64,000 bases of DNA from an uncultured delta proteobacterium (GTDB lineage Bacteria > Desulfobacterota > Desulfobaccia > Desulfobaccales > 0-14-0-80-60-11). The notes beneath the pieces are model-generated. The model saw only the letters and a list, made by a program, of their open reading frames with translations. It had not been told where the DNA came from and ran no database searches. Below, piece after piece: positions 16,690-27,546 of the stretch (positions are counted from its first letter, which is position 1; each line of letters opens with the position of its first letter). The stretch is from positions 158,484-222,483 of the forward strand of contig CAWBPT010000013.1 in the NCBI GenBank assembly GCA_963790655.1, read 5' to 3'. The position numbers and the translations under genes are program-made.

Positions 16690-17490
16690 ATGGCAGGTCA
16701 AGCCATCAAACAAGGTGATATTCTCAAGACCCCCAAATTTGATGAACCCATGCGGGTGATCAATGATCCAAGGTTTGGGAACAGCTATGTTACGGTTGAC
16801 CTGGTGGGGCTCCGGAGCCAGACCTTCCGGGGCGGAGTTTTTTAACGGCTGACGATTTACAGCACATTGAGATTGAGGCCAGGGAAACAGGGTTCCAAGG
16901 GAACGCCAAGCTCTTCCGCCTGGGTCTTGATGTTCTCGATATCCGCCTGGCATATGAATACGATCCCTTCTTCGGCCTCTCCATCTCTCGGGTAGACCCT
17001 CTGCCTCACCAGCTTGACGCCGTCTACAACCACATGCTCAAAGCCTGGCGCTGCCGGTTCCTCTTGGCTGATGATGCCGGGGCAGGCAAAACTATCATGG
17101 CCGGTCTACTTATCAAGGAGTTAAAACTTCGGGGCCTGGTGGAGCGCACCCTCATCATCTGCCCGGCCAATCTCTCCTTCCAGTGGCGCCGGGAGTTACG
17201 GGATCGTTTTGAAGAAGACTTTGAACTGGTCACCGGGTCCCGGCCGCGGGAAACCTATGCAGTAAATGTTTGGAACCAGCATAATCAAATTATCACCTCC
17301 ATGGATTTGGCCAAGCTCGATTACGCGCTGCCCAGTGTTCTGCAACAAGCCGATTGGGACCTGGTCAACGTGGACGCGAAGCCCACCGCATGTCCGCCCG
17401 GGACGCCGAGCACAAAAGCGAGCGTTACCGCCTGGGCGAGTTCATGCGGGAGAAGACCTCCCATTTTCTCTTGCTGACCGGCACCCCCCG
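16690..17490 (+). pseudogene. SNF2/DEAD-like helicase, N-terminal third only, frameshifted
   Basis: DPLPHQLDAVYNHMLKAWRCRFLLADDAGAGKTIMAGLLIKELKLRGLVERTLIICPANLSFQWRRELRDRF gives motifs I/Ia. In shifted frames I read WDLV.VD..HRMSARDAEHKSERYRLGEFMREKTSHFLLLTGTP (motifs II/III). Everything after motif III is deleted. Confidence 0.7.
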
Positions 17491-17534
17491 GAGACACCGC
17501 CCGCACCAGTGCGCCGGGAACGGCAACTCTGCAA

Positions 17535-19732
17535 AAACTTTTTAATCTGGTCAATGAACCTATTCTGATTCTCTTTGATGAAACCCTGAACTATATCGGG
17601 CGCTATCCCCACCAGGAGCGACCAATTTTACTCCTTTGTGCAGAACCTGACCAGCGCCTTGACGGCGGCTAACCGGGCCGTGGGCCTTTTGAGCCTGCCA
17701 GTATCCCACACGGAGATGACTCCGTCTCTCTATGAATGGCAGATAAAACTTACCAAGGTGGTAGGGCGCATCGGCATGCCGCTTATTGCCACGGACCCCG
17801 AAGAAATCTCCGAGATCATCCGGCGGCGCCTGTTTGAAGACATAGGCCGGGAAGAGCATGCGGCAGGCGGTGGCCCGGCAGTTTGCCAAATGGGTCTTTG
17901 AGCGCCGGGACCGGCTGCCGGGGGAAGTAGCCAATTTTCCGGAGGAGGTGATTCGGAAGCAGTTTGAGGCCTGTTATCCCTTCCATCCGAGCACCCTCAC
18001 CGTTTTTCAACGGAAGTGGCAGCCACTGCCCACCTTTCAGCAGACCCGGGGGACCCTGGCAACGTTGGGGTTCTGGATTTCCCAGGCCTTTAAATCAAGC
18101 TACCAGGGGGCCTGGCGGGAACCTTTGATTACCCTGGGAAGCGCCCCCCTGGGAGGACCGGGAGTTCCGTTCCAAGATTTTGGATCAATTAGGGGAGAAT
18201 CGCCTGTGGGCTGCCATTGAATTTGATATTGCCGGAGATCATGCCCATGCCCTGGCCCTGGATAAAGACTTCAAGAACGGTATGGGCAAGGCCCGGCTGC
18301 ACCAACGGGTAGCCACGGCCCTCTTTTTTCAATCATGCGGGGGCATGGCGACGGATAAGGCCGCCACTTTGCCTGATTTGCGCTTTGCCCTGGGGGACCC
18401 GGAAACCGAAACCACCCTCATTGATACCGCCGGTGCAAGCGCTTTATTCCCGTTGCTTTTTTCTACGGCAAGTGGGGGCCGCAGGTTGGCGCTTTGGCTA
18501 CACCCCCAATCTCCGGAAAATTCATGCGGATCGAAAGGCGGCCTTAAATCAGGACGAGATTGACAAGCAGATGCACTCGGTGGTACAGCAAGTATTCCGG
18601 GAAAAGGCGGAGATTAATTTGGGCTTTTTCCCAAAGGAATCATCGGCCATCCCGGATCGCCCGGTGCTGACCATGGTCATTCTCTCACCCGATGAAGAAC
18701 CTACAACTCCTTTGATGGAGCAAATCATCGATTGGACCCGGAATTGCGGGCAGTCCCCCCGCCAGTTTCCTGGCGGAATCTTTTGGCTGGTGTCGGAATC
18801 AGGTTTTCGCCTACGGGAAGGCGTGGCCGATCGGTTGGCTTGGAACAGCATTAACCGAGATGCTGAGCGGAACCTGCTCGGTGAGCTGGACCCCCACGAT
18901 CGAGAGATGGTGCCGCTGGAACTCCGTAAGGCCAAAGACGTGGTGGAAGAGAAAATCTGGAGTCTCTATAACCGGCTTTTGCTGTGGAGTGGCAAGGATG
19001 GCGCCTTAAAGACCGTGGGGTTGGGGCAGATGCACCCGAGCGAAGCCCGGAGCATCACAGGCGCCATCATGGCCCGGCTAAGGCAAGACGGCTGGCTCAA
19101 TCGTGAAGTGGCCGCTTCGTACATTGAAAGGAACTTGCTGGCGCCGGCCTGAGAAAGAAAGGGGCGTGGTCTCCTGCCGGGTTTACGTGAGGCTTTTTTC
19201 CAGGGCCACGTTACCCGCCTGGAAAAGGCCGACGAGGCCCTGCGGCAGATGGTTTTGCATGCGGTCATGAGGGGAACCTTCGGCCTCGGGGTGGGCAAAG
19301 ACGCAGAGAAATTTGACCGGGCCTGGATCAATGACAATATCGAGCAAGCCGAAAATCGTGTTCGACTATGAGACTTACTTGCTGCTGCCCTGGCGGGCTA
19401 AACAGGAGAAGGAAAAAGAAGGGGCATTGCCACCCTTACCGCCCCCGCCCCAACCACCAGGTCCTCGGCCCCCTGATGAACCTGTTCCTCCAGATGGTCC
19501 AGCCCCACCCCCGCCACCTATGGAACCCAAGAAAATTGAATGGCGGGGAAACACGCCTAAGGATGAAAGGTATCTCTTCGGCCTCAAGGTATTGACGAAG
19601 CTCGGGGGGGCCGAAAACATATCAATCGAAGTTACCGTCCGTTCCAAAACGCAAGACTCATCATTGAGACAGCAACTAAATAATGCTTTGCGAGATTTGG
19701 GGTTAGATGGGAATTTTGAAGAAAATCTTTAA
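17535..19732 (+). pseudogene. DUF499-type (BrxC/PglY-like) defence ATPase lacking the P-loop N-terminus, with 5 or more frameshifts
   Basis: The pieces lie in all three frames: ILILFDETLNYI, FVQNLTSALTAANRAVGLLSLPVS, CYPFHPSTLTVFQRKWQPLPTFQQTRGTLATLGFWISQAF, and the ORFs 18180-18563, 18385-19152 and 19313-19732. The FHP...FQ(Q/R)TRG block is the DUF499 hallmark as I recall it. Confidence 0.65.
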
Positions 19733-19820
19733 GTCTTGGGCTTGAGATTAAGTGGCTTTCGGCAAATTAGGTTGAACGAGGTTTAATTAATCAGAAAATT
19801 ATAATTAAAAGGAGAAAATT

Positions 19821-21520
19821 ATGGCTACAAAGAAGATAATGGATTTTTTTAATAATAAATTTTTCGAAATCCCTAAATATCAAAGAGGATATGCATGGGA
19901 TATATACAATATAAGAGACCTTTTCGATGATATTATTGAATCTCAAGAATCTAATTCTTCTCATTTTATTGGAACGATTGTGCTTTCACGCTCACAGGAT
20001 GATGAAAGAGTGTTCCACTTAGTTGACGGTCAGCAAAGAATGCCACTATCACAATAATAATCAATGCTATCCTAAATTGTCTTAAGAAAAAAGATCATGA
20101 CTATTACCGTAGATTTTATATACAAGAAGATAAAAAATATAGACTGAAATTGCTGGGGAAGGATGGTGAATATTTCATTAATCTACTTGAAGGGAAAAAA
20201 CTAAATCCACAAAACAAAAGTCAGAAACTACTGAAAGAAGCACATGAAGGAATTAATAATATTATTGCCGATTCAGATAAGAAATTACTTCTAACACTAA
20301 TTGAGCGATTAGAACTTATGGAGTTTATTGAAGATAGTGAAGGTGATGCAATCAGAATTTTTCAAACAGTAAACGATAGAGGGAAACTACTATCCAATAT
20401 GGAGAAGGCTAAAAGTCTATTAATTTATTTTTCTAATAGATATTTAAACAAAAAATTAGACGACAAAATCAATGATTTATTTGGGGAAATATTTGATATA
20501 TACGATGACATAAAAAACTTGGGAGAGGAATTGGGTATAAATCCAATTAAGAATATTGACTTTAATGAAGATAATATAATGAGATACCATTTTGTAACTT
20601 ACTCTGAGGAAAATTATGATGCTACAGCACCTTATGTATTAGACTACTTAAAAAAATCATTAAGGGAACTACGCAATAAAAAACACAACGACTTTAAGCA
20701 GATGGGATCATTTATTGAAAGCTATATAAATAGTTTATATAATTTTTTTAATTCATTCTGTTCAATTACAAGAAAATGTATTAACCAAGCAGATTATTAT
20801 AAGTTATTTTCAATATTAGGTGTTTCTGCAACTATTTACCCGCTACTCGTCAAAATGGAGAGTATGGGCATTTTGGATAAATATATACCCAGTGATGATT
20901 ATGATAAAATAAAATATATGGACTTGATTGAGTTAATAGATGTTAGAATATATAAGACAAGGGGAACTGATCCGAGAGCGGAAATATCACGCTTTGTATT
21001 TTCATTAAATGAACATAAAACCGAATTAGATATTATGGAATGGTTATTATGGTATAATCGCAGATGGATGAAGAAAGAAGAATTTCAAGCATGTTTGAAT
21101 GATGAAATTACAGAAAATAGGGCATTACCTCTTATATTTATCGAATATTGTGAGCATCTACAAAAAAAGAAGTTCAATATAAAAGAGCTTAAGGATATTG
21201 TTAGGAAGCAACCACAAATTGAACATATTTTAGCGCAAGCTCCCAAGTTTTCATATAAAAGTTATGGCTTCAAAAATCAGGAAGATTTTATAGAGAATGA
21301 GCATACATTAGGCAACTTAACTCTTTTGGAAAAGAGCTTAAATGCAGCTGCCAGGAACAAGAATCCTTCTGAGAAAGTTCCTTACTATGACAAGAGCGGA
21401 TTTAAAATGACTAAAAAATTAGCGGCGAAGATCACCAAAATTACTAAACTTAGAAAGCCAGAAATTCAAGAAAGGACAAAAGAATTGGTAACTTTTTGTA
21501 TGGAAAGATGGTGGTGCTAA
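19821..21520 (+). pseudogene. GmrSD-family (DUF262 + DUF1524/HNH-like) modification-dependent restriction endonuclease, one frameshift
   Basis: N-terminal FEIPKYQRGYAW...FIGTIVL...DGQQR is DUF262. C-terminal QIEHILAQ...HTLGNLTLLEKSLNAAARN is DUF1524. The frame break falls right after DGQQR (about 20048). The region is very AT-rich relative to its flanks. Confidence 0.8.
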
Positions 21521-22249
21521 CCAGAGATTTTACGGGAGGCCCTTCCCATTATTCATAGCTGTTTGTCCAGGGGGTATATCAAATTTAACTGACGGGGGGA
21601 AGGAGTCCCGCCAGGGTTTTGGGGTTGGGAGTTTTTTTCTTCAGGCCGGGTTCTCTAGGCGGCTCGGTCCCTGCCACCCCATTAGCCTACCATTTACCCC
21701 CAATCAAAATTGACTCCCTGGGAACCCTTTCATTGATAGGATAGGCCTCCCCTTTACCCTTGCCGCCCCCTCTTTAAATTTTTTCACGGCGCACGCCGTG
21801 AGTTTTTCCAAGTCCGGTCGGTCTGCGGACACGCAATTACCATCTTCCGTCCCCAGCACAGAGCATGATTTTTTATTCAAAAATTTTTGACCTGGATACC
21901 ATAACAGGGGGGGTACTTCCGATTTTCCCGGGAATAAAATTTTGGAAAAAATTCCGCACGGAGCATATTGGGCAGGGGGGTACAGGACCCATCCCGGGGT
22001 TTGCCTTCCCTGGCCGAAAATCTATAGGGCTGCGTAGCTGGAGCGGAAGCGCAATCTGGCAAGCGGTTGAGGAATTGTGGACGCAGTGCCCGGGCCGTCT
22101 GGCAGGGGAAGGCCATGTGATAGAACTTCCCATATCCTGACAAATTACACCTGATGATAGGCACTTAAGAATTTCGATAGTCAGGCCAGGAATGAATCTC
22201 TTCTTTCGCTCTATAATTTTTCATTTTTATACAATAACATAAAAACAGA

Positions 22250-25200
22250 ATGAGAGACGATTTCACAAAGCTAACAATCGCAACGATAGCGAAGCGGGCT
22301 GGATTTCGCTGTTCTAATCCTGGGTGCGGATGCTCGACCGTCGGCCCCGCTCTCGGTCACGAGGGGAATCATAAATGTCGGTATCGCAGCTCACATAACG
22401 GCCGCCTCACCGGTGGGCCCTGGTTTTGACCCCTCCCTAACTCCAGAACAGCGCCGGACCAGGAAAATCCAATGGCATTTTGGCCTGTCAACTGGATGGC
22501 AACCGGATCGATTCTGATAGCAAGCATTTCACCGTCGAGATGCTGCGAAATGGAAACGATCCGCAGAGATACAGGCCTTTCTCGCCCTCGCTGCACCTCA
22601 TTTGACTCGCGATGAGTGCACGTGCCAGCAGCTCCCGATACAGTGGATCGTGAACTCGAACTGCTGGGGTTGACGGCACAAGAATACCTTGAGTCGGTTA
22701 CCTTACCCCTGATCGGCGCAGCACAAAACGATCTCGCCGCATTCAAGCACATACCACGATGGCCTCGCAACGCGATTACTCTAATCTCAGAATAACCGAC
22801 GGGGACCATAAACAAACCTTCAACGCTTCGGGGCTGGCCGCAGCGGTCGAAACGTTCAACGAAATAGTGATCATTGCCCCACCTGGGACCGGAAGACGAC
22901 CACGCTGCTTCAGTTGGTAGAGGCCATACTATCCCAAGACAACTCGGTTGCCGTTTTCATACCCCTTAGTGAATTCGTCTCAAATGGATTCTTTCTTTCA
23001 ATCCATCGTGCGCCGCCACACGGTTGCAGGAGTGCAGAAGGAGCACCTGGCGCTGCTCGCACACCACGGTCGGCTGGTTCTTATTCTGGACGGCTGGGAC
23101 GAACTTGACGCAGCATCGAGAAAGCGTGCTACCGGCGAAATTAGATTACTGCAGCGCGAATCTCCCTACCTTGGCATCGTTGTCAGCACTCGGCGTCAAG
23201 CGCTGGACGTGCCGATTTCCGGGCCGGTGGTTGAGATTGACGCACTTTCAGAAGGCCAACAGCTGGAGATTGCGCGCGCTTTGCGCGGTACAGAAGGGAG
23301 GCTATCCGATCACGCCCGGCGAACTCCCGGCGTTCGTGATCTGGTGGCAATCCGGTTATATTTGACGGCTCTGCTCGCCCATACTGGGTGCTACCCTCCC
23401 AACAACAAAAGAAGAGGTGCTCCGACTGTTCGTCACCGAACACGAACGCACGGCCGAAAGGCCGGGGCCTTGCGTGATTCCCTCTTCGGGTTCCACACTA
23501 ATATGCTCACGGCCATCGCCGTCAAAGCTACGACCCTCGCGACTACTACGATCTCCGAGATACATGCCAACACGGTGGTCAAGCAGGTTGAAGATCAGCT
23601 CTTCACTGATGGCCAGATAACGAACGCTCCCCAGCCGACGACGGTTCTGGACGTATTAGTCAGCCATCATACGCTCGTTCGTTCCGGTGCAGGGACAGGG
23701 ATGCTCTTGTTCCAACATCAGCAGTTTCAAGAGTGGTATGCGTCGTTCGAGGTCGAGAGGCTCATGCGGCCGCGACAGCCGGCGATCGGAAAGCTAAGCA
23801 GAAGCTCAGAGCAGATGTGCTCAACATACCCGCCTGGGAAGAGGCAATTCTTTTCGCTTGCGAAAGAGTGTCGCGCTCCGATGGAACCGGACTGCAGGCC
23901 GTGGCGGCTTCAGTACTTGAGACGATCGCGATTGATCCGATGCTCGCCGCGGAAATGATATATAGGTCGTCTGCCGGCGTTTGGGATGAGATCAAGGAGA
24001 AGATCGTCGCCTTTATCGGGAGATGGCATACCCCCGGCAAAGTAGACCGCGCGTTGAGGTTCATGATCGACACGGGGCACGGCGAGTTCGCTCTGCAAAT
24101 CTGGTCACTGATTTCTGATCCGGATAACCAAGTCCGTTTGGCGGCGCTTCGCGCCGGACGCCAGTTTAGACCGTCGGTTCTTGGTACTGACGTCGAGGTG
24201 CGCATCGCCAAGCTACCTGACAAGGTGCGCGAGAGCGTTGTCTCATCTTTCGCCTTCGAGGGTGGCATGGACGGAATTGAGTTGGCAGCAAGGCTTGCCC
24301 AGGTGGATCCCAGTCCAAAGGTGCAGGTATCGGTGATCGAGGCGCTTTACTTCCGGCGCGCGGACCGTTTTATGGCGGAGGTCATCCGCACTGCACCGTA
24401 TGAGGTGTGGCAGCTGCTCGCGCGCAAGGGCTACGCGGAAGAAATCGTTGACCCGGATGCCGCAGCGCGTTTGCGCCGCGAGCGGCAGCGTTATATCGAA
24501 AGCGAAACCGATCCGCTAAGGAAGCTTCATGTGATTCTCGATGCAGGACGCCACGAGGTTGCTGTAGGTCGTGAGGTAGGCGCAGTTATCGAGGATGCTG
24601 ATTTCTCGGGAAAGTACCAACAGGCAGGATGGAGCATCGTCGAGGCGCACAAGCTCTATCCAGGCGATGTCACCACAGCCCTTATACATCGCCTCGAGGC
24701 CGGTCGGGAAATCCCCTTCCAGACCGAGAGCCTTCTTCAGGCCGCAGGAATAACGGTCGATGAAGGCCCGATTGTACACCTTGTGATGCAGCCCGGCAAC
24801 CTTGAAAAGGTGGCGGAGGCCGCAGTCAGCCTTGTTGGGCCGAAAACCGTTGGTAGGTTGATCGACTCTCTGGTCACGATCGACGCGAAGCTGAGAGCGA
24901 CAGGATGGCGTGCCGATGATCCGACACGTCAAGAATATTTTCGATTGAAAGACTGGATTTCCAAGACGGGTCTGACCTCGATTATTCAGGCAGTATTGAG
25001 CCGATCTGTGACCGATGATCCACTCCAAATTGCGCTGCTCGCAGACTTGCTGGACCGCCACGGCAAAGGGGGGGGCCAAGAGCCTCTGCAGCTCGATGGT
25101 GAGCTAAAAGAGCAGATGATCGCTGCTGTCGGACGCTGGGCCGAGATTCTCTTGGCCTCTCCCACGGCGAGCCGTGCTCAACTCGCGGAGGTTGCACGCG

Positions 25201-26494
25201 AATCGGGCGATCGGCTGCGCCGGAGTTGCTGCCCGTGCTTCACCGTATGCTCGCAGCGGACTTGAAGCGATGGCGTCGCGCCCGGGACGAGTTCTTTGCC
25301 GCACGGAATAGAGGAATGAACATCCCACCCCCGCCGGATGTCAGCCATTCCTGGACACTTCAGTACAGGCGTGCCTTCGCCGCCATTGGTGGCGATGAAG
25401 TCGTAGAATTGATGAAGTCCTTTTTGCCAGACACTGATTTCGGCTTCGACGCAGCCTGCGTGCTTAAGGAAATCTGGGATCGGGAGCATAATCCTCCGAA
25501 AGACAATCGATTCACACCTTGGCCGGATTTCTCGGAAGTAAAGGCGCGGCGCGTGGAGCGTCAGGAGCACGGCAGTGACAGGGACTCCTCTCCATTCGCG
25601 GATGCGATCATTTCGGTCGTCGAACATCTCGTGAAACCGGGCTCCAGCCCTGAGGAACACCTTCATGCACTGCAACTGGCGAAGATCGCCTTCAGCATGC
25701 CTTATGGCAATAAGATAGGTACTATAGATATGCTGCTGGAGCTGTCGCAGCCACTTCAAACAAAGCGTGAACTGCTCGCCGTTCTCGTACTTGCCGGTGA
25801 AATCATTAGTTCCGACGTGGTCCTCGGAGGCATCAAGACTCTGCTTAAAGATGCGAAGGCAAAGGCGTGGCTGTTGGATCAGAACCGCGGAGAATTGGAA
25901 GCTTGGTTGGAGCTCCTGCCTTTCTCCGATCGGCCCGACGCCACGCTTGACGCCTTGGAATTGCTGGAACCTAACCTGCGGCAACCTTGGCGGCTACGCC
26001 GCCTTTTGTCAGCCTTGGCCTACGCTCCCTCCCCTGAGGCTGAGCATGTGCTCAATCTGCTGCCTCAGAAAGATGCAAGATTTCTCAGTGAGTACGATTG
26101 GTTTGCCGCCATGGACAAGCGTGGAACTGTATCAGCGGCGTGATGCTTCTCGAACTCATATGCGGGGGTGCGTTTGATAGCAAGCCCGGCCGAAGGGATC
26201 CCTGGACTCTTTCGCGAGCTGGTGGGCGCCATACGAGTACATGCCGACTTTCGGGCCGAGGTCTACCAGCGGTATGAACATCTGCCTACCGGACCGGGCC
26301 AAGCAATCCTTGAGCACGCTATCGCAGAGGCTGCAGATGCTGACGGCGTGTTGGTCCTTGTTCATGGCCATGCCGTGCAAGGCAAACCCTTTCCTGGAAA
26401 TCTCTATTCCGCCATCAGGCAGCGGGCCCGGGGTGATCGTGCCGGACCTGGGAGGAGGAGGCTGGCGCACCACAGGGTAGGTGGTAGCCGATGA
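22250..26494 (+). pseudogene. giant STAND NTPase: HNH-like nuclease + NACHT/P-loop + HEAT/ARM repeats, heavily frameshifted
   Basis: HNH-like pieces: FRCSNPGC...VGIAAHITAASPVGP..., NGILACQLDGNRIDSD, FTVEMLR.W. Walker A IVIIAPPGTG(K)TTTLLQLVEA is broken by a 1-nt loss. Walker B is LVLILDGWDEL. Long HEAT-like repeats occupy ORFs 23733-25265 and 25226-26143, and the tail ORF is 26168-26494. Confidence 0.7.
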
Positions 26495-27049
26495 AGGACC
26501 TGGCCAGAAGCGCACAGATAGATACCCTACCTCGAATACCCCTATCTCTACTCCATTAGCCTTTGACCGGCTCCCTCCCTCTCAAACGACCCTCTGAGAA
26601 GCCCCACATTGAACGGAAAGGTTGACCCCTGCCCTTCCTACCGGCCATGAGCCAATCGTTGAAAACTGCCCTGCCGGGAGCGGGGAATTGAGGCCAAAAA
26701 AGCCCCTCTTTCGGTAGGAACAGCCCCGGTCCAAAATCGGCCGCATGAGAAGCTCCAGGAGAGGCGATCAGGTCGGACCCCTTATAACCCTCCCCTGGCC
26801 TGGGAAGATCGTTAAAAAGAAGCGGTCCTGTGCGATCCTGAAAAACCTTGAAACCCCCCTGTGGCTGGCCCGCCATATTTCTTTCGTTATTCTCAATAAT
26901 GGGGAGGTTGACACATTTTTTCGCATAATTCGCTTTTTTCGCTGTATTTTTCAGTTTTTTTTGGATTGATGTTCGGCCTCAAAGAGACAAGAGCACAATC
27001 CCGGCCTTTCCGGGGCGGTTTGGGGTGTGTCTGCTGGGAATACTGCTGG

Positions 27050-27087
27050 GAACTAAAAAGAGGGGTTAGGCCTGTTTGCCTAACCCC
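27050..27087 (-). terminator. terminator of the tRNA-Val/tRNA-Asp transcript
   Basis: ggggttaggc/gcctaacccc stem, followed on the minus strand by ctcttttt. Confidence 0.5.
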
Positions 27088-27097
27088 TTGATTTTAT

Positions 27098-27174
<77 letters not shown>

Positions 27175-27281
27175 GGGAATGAGTTCAAAGTTCGAAGTTG
27201 AAAGTTCAAAGCTAAAAGAGCAAATCCATCTGAAATTACTACGAACCTTGAACTTTTAACTTTGAACCTTGAACCCCAAAA

Positions 27282-27357
27282 TGGTAGGCGGAACAGGGCT
27301 CGAACCTGTGACCCCCGGCTTGTAAGGCCGATGCTCTCCCAGCTGAGCTATCCGCCC
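27282..27357 (-). tRNA. tRNA-Val (UAC), CCA encoded
   Basis: GGGCGGATAGCTCAGCTGGGAGAGCATCGGCCTTACAAGCCGGGGGTCACAGGTTCGAGCCCTGTTCCGCCTACCA. The anticodon loop is CTTACAA. Confidence 0.95.
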
Positions 27358-27546
27358 GCCCCGGTAATAGTCGCTTATGGCGGCTCGGCTGTCAAGAGGG
27401 AAAATGAGCTGTGCAGCTGTAAGCAGGGAAGTAGGTGGGCTAGGCTCACCCTACATTTGGGCCTGCCGCCCGTAACTTATCCTAAGATTCGGCTGATTCC
27501 CAGAGTTATCAGCTGACTGCTGCACGGCTGACTAGCTCACTGCTCA

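Noticed and set aside
21865-22164. Three mutually overlapping 86-95-aa ORFs on both strands
   Set aside because: They show no motif, no RBS, and mutually exclusive frames with similar length. This is most likely non-coding spacer between the GmrSD and NACHT pseudogenes.
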